A stretch of DNA of 64,000 bases from Acidobacteriota bacterium (GCA_023384575.1 JAHDVP010000027.1:3962-67961); one strand, 5' to 3'. Shown: positions 1-9,646, counted from the first letter of the stretch. Notes: generated by a model not told the origin, from the letters alone. Translations and numbers: made by a program.

Positions 1-293
1 GCGACGAAGATGTCGCCGCTCGCGCGCTCCGTGTCCCGGTCGGGCCGGACGAACCCGAAACCGTCCGGGTGGACCGAGATGCTGCCGACGACGAGGTCCA
101 TCTTCTCGGGCAGCCCGTAGTGCCGGCCCCGCGTCTGGACCAGCGCCCCGTTGGCAACGAGCGTCGCGAGGTGGCGGCGGAACGTCGCCTTCTCGGTGCG
201 GGGCACGCGCAGCAGCCGAATCAGCTCAGCGGCGGTCGCCGGGTGGTCGACCTTCGTGCGGATGCGCCGGAGCGTCTCGTCGGCTGACCACAT
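1..293 (-). CDS. rnr: Ribonuclease R, N-terminal part only (gene runs off the left edge)
   Basis: Own translation of the minus strand from ATG at 293-291: MWSADETLRRIRTKVDHPATAAELIRLLRVPRTEKATFRRHLATLVANGALVQTRGRHYGLPEKMDLVVGSISVHPDGFGFVRPD..GDIFV. This is a winged-helix N-terminus followed by the HPDGFGFV..DIF cold-shock-like motif typical of RNase R. It is not in the ORF track because no stop lies in the window. Confidence 0.6.
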   Translation of the reverse strand, partial: MWSADETLRRIRTKVDHPATAAELIRLLRVPRTEKATFRRHLATLVANGALVQTRGRHYGLPEKMDLVVGSISVHPDGFGFVRPDRDTERASGDIFV

Positions 294-333
294 GACGTCC
301 AGTCTATCCGACCCGAACGCCGGAATTTTCTCC

Positions 334-359
334 AACCGGCGGCGCCTTCCGCTCGTCTA
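334..359 (+). promoter_or_regulatory. Possible ECF-type promoter (cAACc-N17-CGTCTA) upstream of the first ECF sigma gene
   Basis: AAC at 334-336 and CGTCTA at 354-359, 17 nt apart, 8 nt before the GTG start at 368. This resembles the AAC/CGT architecture of ECF-dependent autoregulated promoters. Seen by eye only. Confidence 0.25.
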
Positions 360-367
360 CTGGACAG

Positions 368-958
368 GTGACCGATGCCGACCTCGTCGCCCGGGCCCGC
401 GACGGCGACGTCGACGCGTTCGGCGTGCTGGTCGATCGCCACCGCCGTGCCGTGCACCGCGCCGCGCTCGCTGCCCTCGGTTGCCCCGGCGAGGCGGACG
501 ACGTGACACAGGAGGCGTTCATCCAGGCGTGGCAGGCGCTGCCCCGCTTCCGCGGCGAGTCGAGCGTGCGCACGTGGCTGCTCGCGATCGCGTGGCGACG
601 GGCGATCGACCGGCGGCGAAGCCTGAAGCGCCTGGCTACTCGATTCCTCGGCCTCGACGGGCGTCGCAACGACCTGTGGCCGGCGACCGACGAAGGAGGG
701 CCATACGCATCGATCGACGAGAGTGGGGGCTCGCCGGAACGGCAGGTGCTCGTCACGGAGCTGGCGGCGGCGACCAGGCGCCTCGTCAGGACGCTGCCGG
801 CGCCGCTGCGCGACGCGCTCCTGCTCGCCGCGTCAGGCCAGCACACGATGGAGGAGATCGCGGCGATGACCGACACGCCGACGGGCACCGTGAAGTGGCG
901 GGTGGCCGAGGCGAGACGCCGGCTGCGCGAACGCCTCGCCAGGTTGGGCTTCCCATGA
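368..958 (+). CDS. RNA polymerase sigma factor, ECF (sigma-70 family)
   Basis: 196 aa. Region 2 (DDVTQEAFIQAWQALPRFRGESSVRTWLLAIAWRRAIDRRR) and region 4 HTH (HTMEEIAAMTDTPTGTVKWRVAEARRRLRE) are present. GTG start. Confidence 0.9.
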   Translation: MTDADLVARARDGDVDAFGVLVDRHRRAVHRAALAALGCPGEADDVTQEAFIQAWQALPRFRGESSVRTWLLAIAWRRAIDRRRSLKRLATRFLGLDGRRNDLWPATDEGGPYASIDESGGSPERQVLVTELAAATRRLVRTLPAPLRDALLLAASGQHTMEEIAAMTDTPTGTVKWRVAEARRRLRERLARLGFP

Positions 959-1521
959 CCGGCCACGACCACCCCACGAGCGACGTGCCGCTCGACCCCG
1001 ACGTCGACCGGACGCTGCGCCAGATGACGGCCGCGCCACCGCGCGACGATCTCACGCGACGCGTGATCGACCAGCTCCTGACGGGCCGACCCCCTCACCC
1101 CTGGCCCTCGTGGACGCTGGCGGCCGGCATGGCGGCCGGGCTCGTGGCCGCCGCGTGGCTCGCCTTCGAGGTGGCGGTCCCACGACGGGACGCACCGGCC
1201 GACGCGACGCCGGTCGTGACCAGCACGCCGCCGGCCACCCCGGCAAGCGCCGACACGCCAGACGAGGCGCGCCTCGAAGCACCGGAGACGGGCCTCGTCG
1301 GGGCGATGCGTGGCCGCGTCCGAGCGCGCCCTCCCGGCACGCGGGCGCGCCCGGTCGACCTGACGTCGATCGACTTCCGCGTCGAGTTCACGCCACCACT
1401 CGACGTGGGACACATCCCGGTGGCGGACGTTCCGCTGCCTGACATCGACCTGGATCGGGTCGCCGTCGAGCGAATCGACACGGCACCCGTCGACATGACA
1501 TCCTTCCCCCCAGGAGCATGA
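955..1521 (+). CDS. Putative anti-sigma factor (single-pass membrane protein)
   Basis: ATGA start/stop overlap with the sigma gene, in frame with track ORF 151..1521. About 50-aa cytoplasmic N-terminus, then one TM helix (WTLAAGMAAGLVAAAWLAF), then an Ala/Pro/Thr-rich extracytoplasmic part. No ZAS motif. The call rests on position and topology. Confidence 0.5.
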   Translation: MTGHDHPTSDVPLDPDVDRTLRQMTAAPPRDDLTRRVIDQLLTGRPPHPWPSWTLAAGMAAGLVAAAWLAFEVAVPRRDAPADATPVVTSTPPATPASADTPDEARLEAPETGLVGAMRGRVRARPPGTRARPVDLTSIDFRVEFTPPLDVGHIPVADVPLPDIDLDRVAVERIDTAPVDMTSFPPGA

Positions 1522-2231
1522 CGATGACCAACCCGACTGTCCATCCCTGCCTCCGCGCGTTCGCGTACGTCGTCATCGCGCTCGGGCTGCTCGTGGCGGC
1601 CCCGTGGTCGACGTCGGCCTCGCCGGATCCGGAAGGGCCCGACGCCCAGGTGGTGCCGGCTCCCCCGGCACCGCCGGCGGCCCCGCCCGTACCCCCGGCT
1701 CCTCCGGTGCCGCGCGAGGCGACTGCCTCGACGCAAGAGCCCCCGCCTCCGCCGCCACCGCCACCCGTCCCGCCCGCGCCGCCCACGCCGGCCGCCCCGA
1801 AGCCTCCGCCGCCACCTCCACCACCCCCGCCGGCGATTGCCGAGATGAAGAACGTGCGCATCGAGATCACCGTTGCCGAGGCGTCGTCGGACCGGGCACC
1901 GGTGACGCACACCGTCGCGCTCACGGTTGCCGACCGTCAGAACGGACGGCTCCGAACCGGGGGCCCGATCAAGACGGCGGACGGGGTCAGGCAGGTGGGA
2001 TGGTCGGTGGACGCGCAGCCGGTGATTGCCGAGCCGAGCCGAGTCTTCCTGAAGCTCACCATCGAGTTCAGGCACACGCCCGATTTGACCGACGCGGCGA
2101 GCGACGGGCGGCTCACGCTCTCGCAGGACGTGGTCTGCGAGAGTGGCAGGCGCCTCGTCGTCGCCGAACCGCCGCTCAGCGGCACATCGCGTCCGGCGAT
2201 TGTTTCGGTGACGGCCACGATCCTGCCGTAG
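1518..2231 (+). CDS. Secreted or membrane-anchored proline-rich protein of unknown function
   Basis: 237 aa with an ATGA overlap with the upstream gene. N-terminal hydrophobic signal/anchor (AFAYVVIALGLLVAAPW), a ~60-aa Pro-rich tract with runs of 9 and 10 consecutive Pro, then a ~125-aa beta-rich C-terminal domain (NVRIEITV..VFLKLTIEF..) that I cannot assign. Confidence 0.6.
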   Translation: MTMTNPTVHPCLRAFAYVVIALGLLVAAPWSTSASPDPEGPDAQVVPAPPAPPAAPPVPPAPPVPREATASTQEPPPPPPPPPVPPAPPTPAAPKPPPPPPPPPPAIAEMKNVRIEITVAEASSDRAPVTHTVALTVADRQNGRLRTGGPIKTADGVRQVGWSVDAQPVIAEPSRVFLKLTIEFRHTPDLTDAASDGRLTLSQDVVCESGRRLVVAEPPLSGTSRPAIVSVTATILP

Positions 2232-2287
2232 CCGCCGGCGCGACGCATCGCTGGCGCAAAGGTGGCGGGCCGGCGGTTCCCCGAGCG

Positions 2288-3757
2288 TCAGGAGCGCGCG
2301 ACGGCGGCCACCGCCTCGACCTCGACCTCGACGAGGTACTCCTCTCCCACGAGATCGGCCCGAACCAGGGTGTTGGCCGGCTGGATGCGGGCGAACCGTT
2401 CGCCGTGCACACGCGCCACGGCCTCCCAGTCGGCGAGGCGTGCCACGAACACGCGCGTGCGTACGACGTCGTCGAGTCGCGCGCCGAGCGACTGCAGGGC
2501 GCCCTCGATCTTGTCGATGACGAAGTGCATCTGCGCGGCCGCGTCCTGTCCGCCGATGAGCCGGGCGCCGTGAGTGGCCGTCGTCCCGGAGACGTGAATG
2601 CGGTCGCCGTGGCGGACGGCGCGGCTGTATCCCGCAAACGCTTCCCACGGCGTCCCGCTCAGGACGAGCGTGCGCCCGTCGGCTCCGGTGCGGGTCGCGT
2701 AGGGCGGCGTCAACGCGTCGAGATGGTGACTGAGGTCGCCGGCGGCGGTCAGGTACGGCGGCCGCCGGTACTCGTCGCCCGGCTCTCCGGGAATCGCGCG
2801 GAGCCCGTCGCTTGCCGCGTCGATCGCGCGCCGGTCGTCGGCATCCAGCGCAAACCCGAACACGCGCAGGTTCTCGGCCACGTGCGAGCGCTGCCCGAGT
2901 CGCGCGCCGATGATCACGCCCGCCACGGCGGGTTCGTCGAGGATCGCCCGGCAGGCGACGTTGGCCATCGACACGCCGTGCCTGCGGGCGACGCCGTCAA
3001 GCGCCCGCAGCAGCCGCTGCAGTGCCTCCCATCCGCCCGCCTCCCGCACGAAGCGGCCGTACTTCATCTGGGCCCAGGTGTCGACCGCGCTCCAGTCGGG
3101 CTCGGGCGCGCCGAGCCATCGCTCCGACAGGAAGCCGCCGGCCACCGTGCCGTAGGCCAGCAGCTTCACGCCGCGCTCGGCGCACCATGCGGCCATCCGG
3201 TCGCGCGGCCGCCGGTCGATCAGCGAGAAGCACACCTGGTTCGAGGCGACGGCGATCCCGCTCGCGAGGGCGACCCGCAGGTGCGCCGTGTCGAAGTTGG
3301 TCACGCCGAGGTGGGCGATGGCGCCCTCGTCCTTCAGTTCCTGCAGGAAGAACATCGCGTCGAGCCAGCTGGGGTCGGCGTAGTTCCACGCGTGGAACTG
3401 GAGCAGGTCGATGCGGTCGCACCGGAGGCGGTCGATCGACCGCCCCACTGCCGCCCGCACCTCGTCGCGCGTCACGGGCCCCGGCTTCGGTACCCACTTC
3501 GTGAGCAACTGCACGCGACCGCGGTTGCCGGCGCGGCTGGCGTACCGGCCGGCCACGATTTCCGCCGACCCGTAGTGGTCGGCCATGTCGAAGGTGGTGA
3601 GGCCCGCGTCCACGTACGGCGCCATCGCGTCGGCGGTGGTCTCGACGTCGACGGGCTGGCCGCCGCGTTCGAGATCGGCAATCTGCCACAGCCCTGTGAG
3701 CACGCGACTGATGGACAGGCCGGGGGCGAGTTCGACGTGTTCGACGGACGGGATCAT
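2288..3757 (-). CDS. Aldo/keto reductase fused to a C-terminal RidA/YjgF/L-PSP endoribonuclease-like domain
   Basis: 489 aa. AKR catalytic tetrad context: FDMADHYG (Asp, Tyr), LLTKW (Lys), LQFHAWN (His). The C-terminal ~125 aa (GYSRAVRHGDRIHVSGTTA..DDVVRTRVFVARLADW..PANTLVRADL..VEVEVEA) is a typical YjgF/RidA fold signature. Confidence 0.85.
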   Translation of the reverse strand: MIPSVEHVELAPGLSISRVLTGLWQIADLERGGQPVDVETTADAMAPYVDAGLTTFDMADHYGSAEIVAGRYASRAGNRGRVQLLTKWVPKPGPVTRDEVRAAVGRSIDRLRCDRIDLLQFHAWNYADPSWLDAMFFLQELKDEGAIAHLGVTNFDTAHLRVALASGIAVASNQVCFSLIDRRPRDRMAAWCAERGVKLLAYGTVAGGFLSERWLGAPEPDWSAVDTWAQMKYGRFVREAGGWEALQRLLRALDGVARRHGVSMANVACRAILDEPAVAGVIIGARLGQRSHVAENLRVFGFALDADDRRAIDAASDGLRAIPGEPGDEYRRPPYLTAAGDLSHHLDALTPPYATRTGADGRTLVLSGTPWEAFAGYSRAVRHGDRIHVSGTTATHGARLIGGQDAAAQMHFVIDKIEGALQSLGARLDDVVRTRVFVARLADWEAVARVHGERFARIQPANTLVRADLVGEEYLVEVEVEAVAAVARS

Positions 3758-3809
3758 CAGCAGTCACTCCATTCACCCGGCGGCGAGTGGGGCCGGGTGC
3801 GGTCAGCGC

Positions 3810-5165
3810 TCACGACGAAGGCGGCGGGTCGGCGTCGGAAGCGTCGGGGTCGCCGGCGAGCACGACCTGCAGGTCGCCGACGTTCGTGCCGGTCGACCCC
3901 GGGCGCCACAGGTCGCCGAGCGGTTCGAAGAAATGATACGCGTTGTTGTCGTCGAGGCACGACTGCGGATCGAGACCGTGAGCCCTGGCCCGGTCGAGCG
4001 TCCGGGTATCGACCATCGCCCCTGCCGCATCGGTGGGACCATCGATGCCATCGGTGCCGATGCTCGCCAGCACGATCGCGCGCCTCGCGGCGGCGAGCGG
4101 CGCGACGGCGGCCAGGGCCACCTCCTGGTTGCGTCCACCGCGCCCCCCTCCCCGCACGCGGACGGTCGTTTCGCCAGACGACACGAGGCACCAGCGCCCG
4201 GACCCGAGTGCGGCGGCGCGGCGCGCGAGGGCCCGTCCGGCCTCGCGGGCCTCGCCGACCACCGCAGGGCCGTCGACGATCGCGCGATAGCCTCGCCGCG
4301 CGGCCTCGTCTCGCGCCGCCGCCATCGCCTCCCGGCGACTGCCGATCACGTGGAAGGCGTGCCGCGTCCAGCCCCGCGCGTCGGGCTTCGGCGTCTCGGC
4401 CAGCCGGTGGCCTGCCCCGTCCGACAGGATTTGCCGGACGCGGGCCGGACAACGCTCCCAGATGCCGGCCGCTTGCACCGCGTGCAGGGCCTCGTGCCAG
4501 GTCGACGGGTCGGGCGCCGTCGGTCCCGACCCAATCACCGACGGGTCGTCCTCGTGTGCGCCCACGACGTCGGAGATGGCCAGCGTCAGGGTCGAGGCGC
4601 GCGTCTCGGCCGCCAGGCGTCCACCCTTGACCGCCGACAGGTGTTTGCGCACCGCGTTGATCGTGTCGATCGTCATGCCCGACGCCAGCATGAGGCGCGT
4701 GACCTCGATCTTCTCGTCGAGCGTGAGGGGGGGCAGCGGCACGGCCAGCATGGCCGACGCGCCGCCTGAGAGCAGCACGACCAGGAGGTCCGCGGCGTCG
4801 AGGCGCCGCGCGAGGCCGAGCGCCGTGCGACCGGCGTACTCGCTCTCGAGGTTCGGCCACGGGTGGCCGCCGGCGAAGGCCGAGACACCTGGCCTCGCCG
4901 GAGTGGGCGTCGGACTCGAGACGAGGCTGTGCTGCAGATCGACGAGGACCCGTGACGACAGCGCCTCGAACATCGGGGAGGCGGCCTTGCCGGCGGCGAT
5001 GACGGGCACCGGGCGCCCGCCCGCCGGCCACTCGCGCCTTTCGAGCCACGCGTCGAGCAGCCTCGCCGGGTGCACGGCGTCGAGCGCGGCGCCGACGATG
5101 GCCGCGAGGTCGCGTCGGAGCGCGTCGAGGGCCCGCGTCAGTGGAGGTGCCGCGGCTCGTCCCAC
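3810..5165 (-). CDS. Glycerate 2-kinase / hydroxypyruvate reductase-like protein (DUF4147 + MOFRL family)
   Basis: LLVVLLSGGASAMLAVPL..LMLASGMTIDTINAVRKHLSAVKGGRLA..SGETTVRVRGGGRGGRNQE..GTDGIDGPTDAAGA are hallmark motifs. The track ORF extends to 5456, but its first ~97 codons overlap the small gene 5138..5449 in another frame. The start was placed at the in-frame GTG at 5165 and is uncertain. Confidence 0.8.
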   Translation of the reverse strand: MGRAAAPPLTRALDALRRDLAAIVGAALDAVHPARLLDAWLERREWPAGGRPVPVIAAGKAASPMFEALSSRVLVDLQHSLVSSPTPTPARPGVSAFAGGHPWPNLESEYAGRTALGLARRLDAADLLVVLLSGGASAMLAVPLPPLTLDEKIEVTRLMLASGMTIDTINAVRKHLSAVKGGRLAAETRASTLTLAISDVVGAHEDDPSVIGSGPTAPDPSTWHEALHAVQAAGIWERCPARVRQILSDGAGHRLAETPKPDARGWTRHAFHVIGSRREAMAAARDEAARRGYRAIVDGPAVVGEAREAGRALARRAAALGSGRWCLVSSGETTVRVRGGGRGGRNQEVALAAVAPLAAARRAIVLASIGTDGIDGPTDAAGAMVDTRTLDRARAHGLDPQSCLDDNNAYHFFEPLGDLWRPGSTGTNVGDLQVVLAGDPDASDADPPPSS

Positions 5166-5449
5166 GACGAGAGTCGCGTGACGACGTCGAGTTTGCGCAG
5201 CACGGTACCGACCACCTGGTCGGCGTCCTGCTGGCGACAGAGATGTTCGAGGCGGGAGATGATGCGGGAGAGGGCGGATTCGACTTGCCTGATGGCCTGT
5301 TCCGAGAAGTGCTCGCGCTGCTCTTCGAGGCAACGGCGGTGCCGTAACAACTCTTCGAGGTAGAACTGCTCGTGGGGGGTGCAGCCGCAGCGCCCGAGGG
5401 GCACCGGGCCACGAGCCTGGAACGTCAGTCGACTCTTCGGTTCCGCCAT
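5138..5449 (-). CDS. Small (103 aa) helical Cys-containing protein, unknown function
   Basis: Non-shadow-like composition (HEQFYLEELLRHRRCLEEQREHFSEQAIRQVESALSRIISRLEHLCRQQD), locally lower GC than its flanks, and its own sigma-70-like promoter just upstream (5469..5498). Four Cys, including C-G-C. Confidence 0.55.
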   Translation of the reverse strand: MAEPKSRLTFQARGPVPLGRCGCTPHEQFYLEELLRHRRCLEEQREHFSEQAIRQVESALSRIISRLEHLCRQQDADQVVGTVLRKLDVVTRLSSWDEPRHLH

Positions 5450-5468
5450 GTGCCAAGCAGACTCTTCG

Positions 5469-5498
5469 AGTCTAATCAGCGGGTCGACGGGCTGTCAA
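5469..5498 (-). promoter_or_regulatory. Sigma-70-like promoter TTGACA-N18-TAGACT for the small ORF and downstream genes
   Basis: The minus strand reads TTGACAgcccgtcgacccgctgatTAGACT. The -35 is a perfect TTGACA (5498-5493) and the -10 is TAGACT (5474-5469), about 20 nt before the ATG at 5449. Confidence 0.4.
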
Positions 5499-5553
5499 CC
5501 CGTGGGACGAATGCACTCTGTCACGACACGACACCGCAGGTGAGGCGAAGGCC

Positions 5554-6456
5554 TCACGGGAGACGCAGCGCGCGTCGGCCGACGGCGAGCCTCCCGGCGA
5601 TCGCCCCGACGGCCCCGGCGGCGACGAGGATCGAGACGACCACGCCGGGCGACAGGAACGGTACCGGGTCGAGACCGAGGGCCAGCGCCAACGCGGCGCC
5701 CCATCGCGCCCGCGCGAGTTGGACGGCGCCCCACAGGACGATCAGCGCGAGCGCGGCGCCGAAGGTCCCCTGCAGCCAGCCCTCGGCGACGAACGGCCCG
5801 CGGATCGACGACACCGGCGCGCCGACGAGCGCGAGGATCTCGACTTCGTCGCGCCGATCGACGTACGACAGGCGCACGACGCTCAGCACGGCGATCGCCG
5901 CCGCGCACGCGAGCAGGCCCGCGAGCGCGAAGAGCCCCCAGCGTCCCATGGCGACGACGCGCGACACGCGCTCGACGAGCGCGCGGTCGTACCGCACGTC
6001 GTCGACGCCCGGCAGGCGCTCGAGGTCCGCGACGAGGGCCTCGATGTCTCCGCCGCCGGCGGCGAGCGGCGCGAGCCTGACCTCGAAGGTCGGCGGCAGG
6101 GGCGACACGGGGAACGAGTCGACGAGACCGCGGAACTCGGGGAACGCGCGCGCGAACACTCGAGACGCCTCGTCGGCCGAGAGGAACGTCGCCTCGACCA
6201 CCGCGGGGCTCATCGCGAGCGTCGTGGCAATGGCCTGCCGCTCGCCGTCGGTGATGCCGTCGTCGAGGAAGACCGACAGCTCTCCCGCCTGCTCCCACCG
6301 CGCCAGCGACTCGCCGACCGCCCGCGACACCACGAGCGTCAGGCCGAGCACGAAGACGGCCGCGGCAATCGTGGCCACGGCGAGCACCGCCGATTGCCAC
6401 CCGCGCACGAGGTTGACGGCGCCGTCGATGAGGAAGCGGCCGAGCGCGCGGCTCAT
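5554..6456 (-). CDS. ftsX: Cell division ABC transporter permease FtsX
   Basis: 300 aa with an ATGA overlap with ftsE. N-terminal TM, a periplasmic loop (SVFLDDGITDGERQAI..), and a C-terminal FtsX 3-TM bundle (EVEILALVGAPVSSIRGPF). The track ORF 5554..7431 over-extends. Confidence 0.9.
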   Translation of the reverse strand: MSRALGRFLIDGAVNLVRGWQSAVLAVATIAAAVFVLGLTLVVSRAVGESLARWEQAGELSVFLDDGITDGERQAIATTLAMSPAVVEATFLSADEASRVFARAFPEFRGLVDSFPVSPLPPTFEVRLAPLAAGGGDIEALVADLERLPGVDDVRYDRALVERVSRVVAMGRWGLFALAGLLACAAAIAVLSVVRLSYVDRRDEVEILALVGAPVSSIRGPFVAEGWLQGTFGAALALIVLWGAVQLARARWGAALALALGLDPVPFLSPGVVVSILVAAGAVGAIAGRLAVGRRALRLP

Positions 6457-7124
6457 CTCCGCCCTCCAGGCTCCCCCGCGAGCGTGCCGCGCACGAGCGA
6501 GATCGTGGTACGGCCCATGCGCCGGATCAGCGCCCGGTCGTGCGTCGCCACGACGACGGTCGTCCCGCGGGCGTTCATCTCGCGGAAAAGGTTCATCACG
6601 TCGACGGAGAGGTCGGGGTCGAGGTTGCCCGTGGGTTCGTCGGCGAGCACCAGCGCGGGAGCGTTGACGAGCGCGCGCGCGATGGCCACGCGCTGCTGTT
6701 CGCCGCCCGACAACTCCTCGGGAAACGCGTCGAGTCGATCCTCGAGGCCGACGCCCTGCAGGACCTGCATGGCCCGCCGCTGTTCCATGGCCCGCGTGGC
6801 GCCGAGCGCACGCGCGACGAGCGTCACGTTCTCGAACACGGTCTTCCGGGGCACGAGCTTGAAGTCCTGGAACACGAACCCCACGTTCCGCCGGTAGTGC
6901 TGGACCTCGTGGGCCGAGAGCGAGCGGAGGTCGCGGCCGGCCACGTGCAGCTCGCCTTCCGAGACGACGTCGGCGCGCAGGATCAGCTTGAGGAGGGTGG
7001 ACTTGCCGGCGCCGCTCGGCCCGGTGAGGAAGACGAAATCGCCTTTCTCGACGGTGAGCGAGACGTCGCGCAGCGCATACACGCCGCGGCTGTACACCTT
7101 CGAGACGTGTCTGGCGTCGATCAC
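6453..7124 (-). CDS. ftsE: Cell division ATP-binding protein FtsE
   Basis: 223 aa. Walker A GPSGAGKST, signature LSGGEQQRVAIARAL, Walker B LVLADEPTGNLD. Sits immediately upstream of ftsX. Confidence 0.95.
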   Translation of the reverse strand: MIDARHVSKVYSRGVYALRDVSLTVEKGDFVFLTGPSGAGKSTLLKLILRADVVSEGELHVAGRDLRSLSAHEVQHYRRNVGFVFQDFKLVPRKTVFENVTLVARALGATRAMEQRRAMQVLQGVGLEDRLDAFPEELSGGEQQRVAIARALVNAPALVLADEPTGNLDPDLSVDVMNLFREMNARGTTVVVATHDRALIRRMGRTTISLVRGTLAGEPGGRR

Positions 7125-8191
7125 AGGCGCTCGAGGGGAAGGCCGGAGCCGGGGGAGAACGCGATCGAGACGGCCGAGTATACCACGCGGGTTTCCGCGG
7201 CCCGGGCGTCATCCTGCCGCGCGTCGGGAATTGCGCCTCGCGCGACGCACACCGCCTCGATCCACAGCAGCGCCACGACGAGGACGACCGGCCAGGGCAC
7301 GCGCGCGGCTCGCCGCGGGATCCGCCGCATCGATTCGGCGCCGATGCCCGCCAGGACCGCGATGCCGAGCATGAAGGCGACTGCCGCGGCCGGCAGCGCC
7401 GCCGAGGGCGACAGCCACGCCATGGCCGCAAGCGACGCCCCGCTGACGCCGACGGCGGCGGTGGCCACGGCGGCGAGGTCGAGCGCGCGCGAGCGCCACC
7501 AGCCAGCGAGCGCCAGCACCAGGGTCACCGCGCCGGGAAACGCCGCCGGCCCGTGCGCGGGCAGGACGCGGGTCCACCCGTAGACCAGGTGGTCCTCCGG
7601 TACCGAGACCAGTGCCTCGGCGACAGGCCCCCAGCCCGCTGCCGTCGACGCCCCAGTCGCAAACGGCGACGCCCGGAGGCCCGCGGCGACGCTCGCGCCG
7701 ACCACCACGGCGGCCGTGATGCCGGCGATGGCCAGCGTGCGGAGCGTCGACCGGCTCCGCCACCGGCCCACCGCGGCCGCCAGGCCGAGGGCCCCGCCGA
7801 GCGCGGCCGCGAGCACCGCGGCGCCAGCGGCCCCGGCGGCCGCCGCCTGCGCCCCGGCGAGCCCGCCGAATTCGACCATGTGGCGCACGCGCCGGCCGGC
7901 CAGCGCTCGGTGCAACGCGACGAGCGCGAGCGGCAGCAGGAAGAACCACCGCACGGCCGCTTCGTCTCCCGCGGCGATGCGGCCCGGCCAGATGCCCCAG
8001 GCCAGTCCTGCCACGACCGCGGCCCACCGCGGCACCCCAATCTGACGGAGCGCGACGAGCAGCACGGTCGCTGCCGCCAGCGGGGGCCAGAGGAACACGG
8101 CGCGGTCGGGCGCGCTGGAGGCCAGGGCGAGGGTGAGGAGGACGAACGCGTATCCGCAGACGGCGATCGGCGTGAACAGGTCGGATCGCAT
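7121..8191 (-). CDS. Polytopic integral membrane protein, unknown function
   Basis: 356 aa, Ala/Leu/Gly-rich with about 9-10 hydrophobic segments. 4-nt overlap with the ftsE start. No family recognised. Confidence 0.5.
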   Translation of the reverse strand: MRSDLFTPIAVCGYAFVLLTLALASSAPDRAVFLWPPLAAATVLLVALRQIGVPRWAAVVAGLAWGIWPGRIAAGDEAAVRWFFLLPLALVALHRALAGRRVRHMVEFGGLAGAQAAAAGAAGAAVLAAALGGALGLAAAVGRWRSRSTLRTLAIAGITAAVVVGASVAAGLRASPFATGASTAAGWGPVAEALVSVPEDHLVYGWTRVLPAHGPAAFPGAVTLVLALAGWWRSRALDLAAVATAAVGVSGASLAAMAWLSPSAALPAAAVAFMLGIAVLAGIGAESMRRIPRRAARVPWPVVLVVALLWIEAVCVARGAIPDARQDDARAAETRVVYSAVSIAFSPGSGLPLERL

Positions 8192-8204
8192 TCGCGGTGC
8201 GTCG

Positions 8205-9646
<1,442 letters not shown>

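Noticed and set aside
1647-1832. CCN-rich tracts (also at 39793-39831) as microsatellites or phase-variation slippage sites.
   Set aside because: Pro codons are mixed rather than a pure repeat unit, the tracts are in frame within ORFs, and they encode plausible linker regions between a signal peptide or domain and a C-terminal domain.
1604-4630. A 1008-aa plus-strand ORF, along with many other 100-600-aa ORFs in the track (for example 1095..2648 -, 3757..5412 -, 13994..15121 -, 20852..23479 -, 42955..45408 -).
   Set aside because: Their translations are dominated by Arg/Ala/Gly/Pro with no motifs. They lie antisense to, or out of frame with, genes that have clear family signatures. This is the typical stop-codon-poor shadow ORF of ~70% GC DNA.
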